A DNA stretch of 59,456 bases, filler included, from Nemertoderma westbladi (lineage: Eukaryota > Animalia > Xenacoelomorpha), in NCBI GenBank assembly GCA_032718475.1. It is 3 parts of 3 records of this genome, joined end to end, with 100 filler letters (N's around TTAATTAATTAA, not from the genome) between each part and the next. Parts side by side here need not be neighbours in the genome. Positions count along the whole stretch, not along the records: positions 24,809 to 48,420 come from JAUCBJ010005786.1; 2 more parts are not named here. One strand, 5' to 3'. The notes under the pieces were generated by a model. That model did no database searches, was not told the DNA's origin, and saw only the letters and a program-made list of their open reading frames with translations. The position numbers were made by a program, and so were the translations under genes. Positions 24,886 to 34,864 of this stretch are shown in pieces. The first letter of the stretch is position 1, and each line of letters starts with the position of its first letter.

Positions 24886-26239
24886 CAGTGTACACTGTAC
24901 ACTACATAGTGACTGCCAGGCAAGGAAAGTGGCGCATGTGAACAGGCTGATTGGTGATCGTAACTACACAGAACTCAGTACAGCAGTCGCAATGCTGTAG
25001 GCCTACACTCTGACTGTGCTGTCCTAATTTGAGCGCCATCTTGTGGTGTTTTGCCATTATTATGGATTACCCCTAATAACCAATCAACAGAGACAGTATT
25101 TGGTATTAAATTACTTTTAGGGTCGAAAATGGGGCGAAATTATCGGATTTTATTAATTAAAAAATGTAAAGTGTGCCTTCTAATAATACCGATCTCACTG
25201 GAAAGTGAGATTTTATTAAAGTTTTATAATTTCGACATTTTCGTTAATAATTTCGTCTTTTTCGTTATTTTCGGGTTTTATAACTATCCGTAGTACTGTA
25301 CAGTAGTATGATTCCCATCATATTTGGATGTGTAATCTGATCGAAGGTTTTCCTGCATTTCCTCAGAAACCATACACGATCCTTATGGTTGTTAAAATTT
25401 ATTCAATATTTTACTAAATTCACTAAACTTTTCATCCTTTATGTTATTAAATCCCACTTTTTATTATCGCCAGTTTGAAAATTAGTGCCACTCCTACTTT
25501 CCCCGCTTTAAACTCTAGACCTACAGTACAGTTTTAGTGCCATTACTTACTGAAATAAACGCTGCTGGAATTCTGCTGATACAGATATTATGTCATACTG
25601 TAATAATAATAGAAATTGAGTGCACGCTCATTGTTACATTACAATGAGGTTGATTGGTTGACAAGAAGCCCCCTGAATAAGTGCCGTCTAAAGGGCGGAG
25701 CAGACTTTATGCAATACTGATTAGCTGTAAATCATCCATTATTGGTTGGTTCTGTACGGAAGGATGTATAAACCTGTAGGTACAGTAGTGCACTTTTAAC
25801 TTTAACTTTTATTAAACTATTCCCACACAAATTATAATGGTGATCGAATAATGCATGATGCACAACACAGTATATGAAATGATAGAAAGAATCTAAAGAT
25901 TGTTAATATAGTATTTAATTATATTGTGAATTTATAATAATCTAATTAAATTAAATTGTGTGGCTGGTGCCTGAACGGAGGATCCCATTATTACAGACAC
26001 CAGGTTAAACAAACAAACTATATATACAGTAGACAGTAGAAAAAAACATATGCAAATCTTAAAATTATTATTGAAGTTATAGTTTCCCCTAGAATTTATT
26101 GTTGTTCTGCGATGTGTCCATCGAGAACATCAACATTGCTGTTGTCCAAATTAATGAAGTTGGAATATTTTAATTGAATGGGAGAATCTTATAGGCTCAT
26201 TAAGCCAATGAATGCCTGTCACCACAATGGGTGATCTTC

Positions 26240-26480
26240 TACAGTAAACCCTTCCACCTGTCCACTCTGTTTCCCAAAGGGATGCCTGTTCCCCACCATG
26301 GTTGATCTTCTACAGTAAACCCTTCCACCCTGTTTCCCAAGTTGCCTTGGTTCCGATTTATAGACCATTGAAGGATGAAAGCCGGGATTGGGCTAGGCTG
26401 AAGTATTTAAGGCACTGTGCCCAAACAATGCTGCCCACCTAGGGAACGAATGTCATCACTAGACCAAGCTGCTGCTTATT
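26240..26480 (-). mobile_element. Degenerate SINE with Nin-like core
   Basis: Minus strand TGGTCTAGTG (A-box-like) and GGCTTTCATCCTTCAATGGTCTATAAAT, resembling the Nin-domain core; local duplication at 26240-26340. Confidence 0.5.
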
Positions 26481-27229
26481 TTAATTTAATCTACATATAC
26501 AGTACTTTTTACAAATTCCATATCATTTTACCAACTTGTCTTCAAGAAGTTCCAAGAGGTTTCCACTGGCCAAGAGCCGCCAAGAGGTGACAATTTCCTC
26601 AAAGGGAGACCAAGAACCCTCAAGAGTGACCAACAGAATTTGGCCTTCAATTCAAATCAGGAATGCCGAACTTTACAGAAGATAATTCTTTCTTCTTGAT
26701 ATTGGGCATTGTGATTAAATTAGGCCTTATACACAACATTTTTTGACCGCACATCACTGCTATATCAATATCGTTACATATTGTTTGTCTGTTATCAGAT
26801 AATGAATTATTCTTTATAAATATATTTCAAAACGTTTTCAGTTCCAAATTATTTGGTTGGTTAAAGGAAGCCATTATTTATCATATAATACGTAAAGAAA
26901 GCACGTACCTTAACGAAAAATCACCACAAACAGGGGTTTAGTGGATTTGAAAGATTTAATTTAAACATTAAGGAAAAGTAGCAGATTACAGTGGCTGTGT
27001 GTGGCATTGTTTTCTATCCAAATACAATAAACGAGACTTTATTTCACTTGCGGTCAATTTGCGGTGAAGATCACTATTTTAACTTGCAGTCAATGTGCGC
27101 CACTATCTGGCATAATAATAATATAACATCAAATAATGTTCTGTTAGTTCTGATAGCAGTTCTGTATTCTTAATTCGTGTGTGTCACATGAACGAAGTAA
27201 AATGATATGGAAATTGTAAAAAATACTGT

Positions 27230-29820
27230 ATTTATTTATTTAATTTAATATCGTACATAGAGATATACACATATGTGATATACCTAGAGTACAGTAACCA
27301 CAAATATACTAATATATACAGTAATACAAATACAAAGATAGATTATGTAGCCAAACCGCAAAATGAATAATTGAAAATTAGGTACTGGTAACTATAGTAA
27401 CTAAGTATAAATTATCAGCTTGTACACATACGATAACACAATCTAATTCTTCTGCAGAAAACCCCGGAACTTCTAAAGTGCTCAGCCGGCAATCCAAAAG
27501 TTCCTTACAAATGCTCACTTTATAATTGTTAGCACCTTCACTGCATGGTACATACTTCAATATCTTAACGCGATTATGTTTTAATAATCTTAAATTGTGT
27601 TGATTACATATATTGCCAATTGTCCTAAAATTACACCCGGCACGAGATCTACAATCAAATAAAAAGAATTCTGCCCAAAAACGAATAGATGGTTTTAAAG
27701 AGGTCAATAAACTTTGAGCAAACGAAACAAACCTAGATTGAATCATTATACATGGGTGATTGAACTGCACAATATTTTCTACAGTACGATATATCTATGT
27801 GTGTGTTGTACGGGGTAAGCCAAAAATAATCCTAACCCTACTACACTAATCCTATAAATACATGTACATTGTGGAGAAAAAAGGTCCCAAAGACCACTAC
27901 CATAAAAACATGTGGCATAAATTCGTTGTATGTTACATAATTGATACGGATCCGCGAAATAAAATTCTTGTCGTAATGCATTTATTTTTCCTATGAATTG
28001 ACCGCGTTTACGTAAAGTATCGGGTTCCATTGAATTCTTATAATTCATTACATTCCCAAGATGCAGCGCCTGCTTCACCCACGGAAGATTAACCCCATTT
28101 AAACCGATGTGAATATGAGGCTCCGACCATATGTAGTCGAAACGTATACATTTAGATTTCGATTTATCAGGATCGGCGTTCGTACTAAATACGAGGCTGT
28201 GTTCCTTTGCAAAATCGTCACAAAGAGATATCATGTATTGAAGACCAATTATGAAGGGGCAGAGCAGAAGAATGTCATCGGCGTAAGCTAAAATCCCAAA
28301 GTAAACCTATCCTATATGGCACCCCACGGTGTGCGGGCACTTCCCCCCCGGACACTTCCCCCCCAGACACTTCCCCCCCGAACACTTCCCCACCGACTGT
28401 TCTTAACTTCGCACATTCGTATTTTTCATTTTGTAAGGTAAACGTAAGATGTAACGTAGTAACGTAATTTGCAACGTAAGATAAGTTGTATCCAATTTTC
28501 CTTTCTTAGCTCATAAAGTGATCTTTTGCATCCCGAATTTACATTTTGTATCCAAGTTTTATTTATGGGTTTTATCAATGCAATTACATCGTATTGTTTG
28601 CTAATCTTTAAACAATTAATTATATTAGATGACCTATAAATTCCATCCCCGGAATGATATACTGTGTTTATTAACTATAGAATTATAATAATTAATTGTT
28701 TTAATTATAGGTATTATTATGTAATAGTCTTCTTCAAATTGTAGCAGATGGGGATGAATATTATTGTTGCAATCAAAACTATACCTCTCCAGGGTAAAAT
28801 CGACATGCATCTACCTGTATTCTGTATTGAGCATTACATATTGATAAATTAATCAATATGTAAAATTTCCTGGTTACTTGCAATATTTTTAATAGGATTT
28901 TGTTGAATTATAATATTGTAGTAATTTATATATTAATTTGGTTAACATTCAATACAGCTCTAATTCTAATACATTCAATACATACTTTAGCCCTAATCAA
29001 TTTATTATCTGATGATACAAACATCAGAACATGAATTGATTATTTCAAAATGGTCTCAAAGTCTTTCACCACGGGTGCACAGGGAATGCCGGGGTTTGGG
29101 GACGGCAGCCCTTAACCAAAGAAGCGGGTGTTTTTGGGACGGCCGCCCCCAACCTAAGAAGCGGGGGTTTGGGGGGCGGCAGCCCCAAATTAAAAGAAAA
29201 ACAAACAAAATTTGACTATAAAAATGTCAATTTTATGATTTTGAAAAAACTTGACTAGATTCAACTTTTCCTGTAACCATCTTTAACTTTTGTTTATTGC
29301 TTTGGTGCACCCAGATAATTTTAGCACTTTAACTGGGGGGGGGGGGGGGGGGTTGTCCGGGTGGGGGGGGGGGAGTGTCCGGGGGGGGGGGGGGAGTGTC
29401 TGGGGGGGGAAGTGTCCTACTTGGACGGGGGGGGGGGGGGGGGGGGGTGTCCGGGGGGAAGTGTCCTAGATCCCACCCCACTTTCGAAGATCGTAAATTT
29501 TGTATCAACTTGTCTAGTAGTACACAGAACAAAATCGGGATGGCCAAAGAACCTTGTCTAGCCTCGACCTCAGAGGGCGCCCAAGTACATTGGGTAGTGC
29601 TGGAACCAGACTGGACTCTAAACTGCAATTCGTCCAAAAGCAACCTTTGGGATTGAGATAGAAGCATTACCCACTCGAACAGTTTAATCCATAACGCAAT
29701 CGCCCTGTAATTATTAGATGTATTCTGATTTCCCAGTTTGTATTTAGTTAATGGAATAATAACACATGTCAGGATGAACTGCGGAACGAAGCCGTGAAAT
29801 AAGAAAAAGTTGAACAATTT
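27230..29820 (-). mobile_element. Degenerate non-LTR retrotransposon RT (clade unassigned), split by an insertion
   Basis: NYRAIAL...QF...RQGSLAIPILF...RSSKVG joins across 28328-29473 to CHIG..YFGILAYADD and HLGN...FYGSGLW; (TAAA)n-like tail near 27230. Confidence 0.85.
28328..29473. mobile_element. TIR element with GGACACTTCCCCCC terminal repeats (Mutator-like), 8-bp TSD
   Basis: CACTTCCCCCC repeats on the left and GGGGGGAAGTGTCC on the right; TSD CACCCCAC at 28320-28327 and 29474-29481; the LINE reading frame rejoins across it. Confidence 0.85.
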
Positions 29821-32133
29821 ACTAATATGTACCCGCCGTAATTCAGGATAATACCGGAATACAGTGTTTTGTCAGATAAAAACTTGTCATGAAAAAAATG
29901 GCGTATACTGTATGTATATCGCGCGGTAAGAATTTTATATGATTGAGGATAACCGCTGTACTCTCATCGCCTATTTTTCTGGCTCCGCTTCGCTTGGTCA
30001 TTCGACTCGATTCGCTCTGTCTCTTATGAAGAACAGTATACGGTACACACTTTATTTTTGGTGGAACATAAATACCGTCTGGCCGTTGTTGGTTAGCAAT
30101 TTGATAATTCTGTAATTAATTTATGGACTCATCCCATACGTCGTGGGTGGGGGATGTCGTACTCTTATAAATAACAGCGGTACTCTACGTCTTACACAGT
30201 CCCACATTACTTTGGAAGCCATCCATCCGTCAATCAATGTCAAGCCGATTGAAACCAGAGTATTGTGATATCAGTATGAATCATACCGGTACCTATCTAC
30301 GGCTTACAACCATGGCATGCTACAACCTAAAGACTGAATGAGGAGAACTGTAACTACCAGATTACTGCAGTACTGAAACTAGCTAGTTACAGTATTAGGC
30401 CTATCTGCCTATTACAGTAGTATTACTGTACACTTGTACAGCTGTATTAGGCCTACAATATATCGGTACGGTACGCTTACCGGCAGACCGGTTTATCAGC
30501 TTATTGGTACTGGCAGACCGGTATTGGCTTATTAATTGACGACAGATCTTTACATCCAGGCGACATTGCTGCATACTGCTGTACTGGCATATACTGATAT
30601 AGGCCTACAGATATATGAGACTGGACGTGGAAGTCAGGACGTGGTCGTGATGAAGAAATGAGGCCTACCTATCTCACAATCTCAGTATCTACTATCACCA
30701 CAAACACACAGATGATTTCCTTGAAATCCGGAATCTGCAGAACTGCTGAACTGAATGATTTCTCACTTTAATAATTTGTAAGTACCCCGGTGCCCGGTAT
30801 ACAGGCCCTATTGAAAAGTTTTATTTTCTGCGCCGAACGCGGCGCAGGGTGCCTAAAATCCTGCGCCGGCTCTGTGCAAAACCACGCCGGGTGCAAAAAA
30901 TCCTGCGCCGGCTCTGTGCAAACCCATGCCAGGTGCAAAAATCCTGCGCCGGCTCTGTGCAATGCAAAATGCCACCGGGCTGACTGGTATAAAACATAAA
31001 ATCTGCCTGTTATACTGTACCAGTGTACAGTACCTGTAGTTTATTCGGTTATCTATAATACTGCAGCTGCACTAACTGACTAATCCGAGTTGTTACTTAA
31101 ACGAACGAAAGTTGTGGGTGGGTGAAATGAAAATAAGGATACAGAGACGGAAAACCTTAATAAAGACAAATGCAACAAGTAGGGCCTACAGTAGGTACGT
31201 AGTTTTATTCCAAAAGTGTAACATTACGAAACAACTACTTAAGAAACACTGCATGTAAATTTTTGTTGTCAAGTAAAGTGTACATTTTTTGAAATTACTC
31301 AAATGTTACAATATTAATTATAGAAAGAATATTAAAGACTACTTCAGTTGGCCTACAGTAGTCCTTGTATTTATGTACTACGTTCTACTTTATTACATAC
31401 TACGTACTGTGGTCCGGTATACGTCTATGCTACAAATACGGTATGTCTGAATGAATAATGACTAGCTGTATGTTATGTTTATTAATATCGGCAGAATAAC
31501 AATAAAATATTAATATTTGCACATGTACGTACACGTACAGTAGATTAAAATAAAATGAACAAATATCTGCAAAGTACGCTAATAAGCGTATGTATGTACT
31601 ATTGTAATAAAAATACGGATAATGGTATTCAGGTAAAATTAGTAAAATAATTAAAATTATAGTTTATTTACAGTACTTACAATACAGTTGGTGCATATTA
31701 ATTATTAAAAAAAAATGAAATTACAGTAAAATTAAATTAAAAACGGCAAAGCATACTTACAGTAGGTTCAAGGGCTTCAACAACATACAGTACTAAAGGC
31801 AAACATATTAATAATGACAAGTTTACAATACTCTATAGGATACAAACAACACAACAATACGTAGTTATATGGAACATAAATTTGGTACCGTAGGTAGTAC
31901 CGTATGTCGCATAAGTAAAATATTACTGCTGAAATAAAACGCGCAAAGTAAAGTAACTATAAAAGATAGGAAAACAATTAAACATACAAAAACACTATTT
32001 TAAAATTTAACACAAAAAAATGTTTTTTGGGATTGAAAAAATGAAAATAATAGGTACTGTAGCTAGATTTTAATAAAGATATCGTTGTATCCGAAAGCTT
32101 TTGCTTTCGCTACTGCCACTTGGCGCACAGGAG

Positions 32134-33944
32134 GAGGTAGAATAAAACGTCTGTCCTTATCTGATCTGATCTGATCTGATCTGACAGCATCTGATCCTAT
32201 AACCAATCAGGAGAAAGAAATATAATATTTACCTAACTGTCTGTTAGGTAAATAGCCAATAGCTGAATAGGGGATCACGTTTCATGTTGCCCTGTTAAGT
32301 ATCAGTATCATCATATGAAGTAGCAGTACAGGCATACCGGTATGCATCTAAATGCACAAAGGCATGTTATTATATATTAAAAATGTGATATAGGATGAAG
32401 GTTTGTTACGCTAAAGGCAGAAAGGGAAGGCAGGAAGGGGAATCTCTCTAGGCCTACTGTGTAGGCCTAGTGTGTGTGTATATGTATATGAAGAAACACT
32501 TAACATGCCCCATATTGCCAGCTGATACAGTGGTGTTTACAGTATACCCAGACGATGAAGGAATATCTGAATATGGGAAGGTGGATGGGAATGTGGGAAT
32601 TAATAAACGCTGTTGTTACCTTCCAATTGAAGGGAAAGAGCATGTTCAGCGGCTTTAATTTCTAACCAAAACAATAAACGACGTTGTTACCTACCAATTG
32701 AGGGAAAGGAGCAGGTTACAGAGACAGGGTTTTCTAACCAAAACAATAAACGATTTTGTTACCTACCAATTGAGGGAAAGGAGAATGTTACCGCGGCTGA
32801 CTTTTCTAACCAAAACAATAAACAACCAGCGGGCACCTTCCCACATTCCTGTAGTGGTGTTGTTTAGACCAAAAACAAAAATATTAAATATTTCTTAAAA
32901 TAAATATTTAATTACATTTTATTGGAGATATACTACTTACCAGTACGGTATTAAAGCATCTATATATTATAATTTGGAATCATTGTACAACATAACTTCA
33001 ATACATTATTACTGATCTGGTCGTATAGCCTCGTTTTTATTATTATTCCTTTTCCCCTCGATATATCGATAGCAGTTATCCGGGACCTTTACATTCCCAT
33101 CCACCCACCCACCCATGTGGCAATAATAGGTTGATAAATAATTAGCATAAACATAATTAGTTAAGTACTATTATGTACTAGTAAGGTATTCTGGTATTCT
33201 TCACATGGGCGAAGAATACCAGACTTTCTGCCGTTATATTTTATTTTGCAGTTACCCCCATGTGAAGAATACCAGGTTTTCACCAAAAACACAGGTTACA
33301 GAAGGGCTGAATATAACCAAAACAATAAACGAATTAGTATATGTCTGTATGTACAGGTTATAAGCCATAAATAAGCTCTCTATAATACACTTAATAAAGA
33401 TAAATAAAAAACAAATTAAAATCTTCATATATAAAATTCCAATAAAAGTCGACCGAAAAGGTAAATCCTGGTATTCTTCACATGGGCCGGCACCAAAATT
33501 TGGCACCAGCCGCTAAAAACAAGTTTAAAATTTCTAGCTTATTTTATTTGAATTCCTTTTAGTTCGTTTCAGTTAGTCCTTTAGTTAGTATCGTTGTTTC
33601 AGAGGGGGAGGTGTTATATTGACCCCCCCCCCCCCCGGGTTTAAGGGGAATACCGGGGAAACTTCACATGCTGACATACGCATAAAGTCCAGTACTCATT
33701 TAGCTATCATTTAAGGATGCAAGGCAGAGATGCTTCTTTAAACCCTTCAAAACATTCGTGCCGAAACGAAAACTACCTTGGCCCCCATGCCGGGATTGAA
33801 CCCACAACCTCCGCGAGATGTGAATTCAATATAACCACTACACCAAGCACCAAGGTGGGCTCTGAACCAAGGTGGAACATGTGTCAGATACCGTCAGATC
33901 AGATCAGATCAGATCAGATAAGGACAGACGTTTTAGCCATCCTA
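32134..33944. mobile_element. Mutator-like non-autonomous element, copy B (9-bp TSD)
   Basis: TSD GCACAGGAG at 32125-32133 and 33945-33953; empty site (CTCCTGTGC) near 15448; carries the same SINE at about 33685-33860. Confidence 0.92.
32850..33093. mobile_element. Solo LTR-like (or Ginger-like) TG...CA insertion, 4-bp TSD
   Basis: Begins TGTAG and ends TTTACA, flanked by TTCC; absent from copy A (CCACATTCCCATCC near 9325). Confidence 0.7.
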
Positions 33945-34864
33945 GCACAGGAGTATCACTATATATTCATTTTAAGGGACATTTCGCAGTCTAGTCTATT
34001 TTTGAATATGCTCCATCATGGAGTACCAAAGGTATTACGTGCATTAACAACACTTTCCGGTAATGGTAAAGGATTCCAAATGTTTACAACGCTGTCTGCA
34101 AAGTTGTTGCGTGTTAGCATTGGTGGAGTTAGGAACAAAACTGGAAGAAATTACTTGCTCAATTTTGTCAATCCCGTTGATAAACATGTATGTTGTTATA
34201 AGGTCGGCTAGTACACGGCGATATATTAATGTCGGTAGTTTGAGTGCAAGTAGTCGGTTTTCATATAATTACAATACCGGTACCGGTATTTGATGTATTT
34301 TTATTTCATTGGATAAAAATATGATATAGGTTAATACAAAATTTAGCAGACCAGCAGACAGTAGAGTTAATTCAATACTATAACTGCCATTTTAAGCAGA
34401 ATATTTAATTTCAATGTTTTATTTAATCAAATAAAATTAACATAAAATTGCACAAGAACATACGGTAGGCCTATCATTAAAGTTCACAAGATTGACACAT
34501 ATTAAAATCGGTCTATGACATTAGGGCCTATAAGACAAATTACAATTAAATAATTGCACAGATTATAAATGTCAATAAGACGTCATCATAGGCATGTTTA
34601 TTGTATATACCACCGGCTGACCGGTATATAGAATATTAGGCCTTAAATATATATAATAAATATCCCACACCTATGCACAATTTATATAAAATATATAGGC
34701 CTATACCGGTATATATTATATAAAGTCGTGGTTGTCTAACATCATATAATTATATATTATATACAGATAATGCAGATACGATACATATTTATAAACAGAT
34801 AAACATTACTCTATTTTATTTCTTCGTCTAGTAAAGAGTAAGCAGTACCGGTCCGATACACACA

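Larger units (their letters stand above)
30806..34264. mobile_element. CCCTATTG element copy 2, inverted and truncated
   Basis: Reverse complement of 15137-16847 with 32134-33944 inserted; only one TIR present. Confidence 0.9.
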
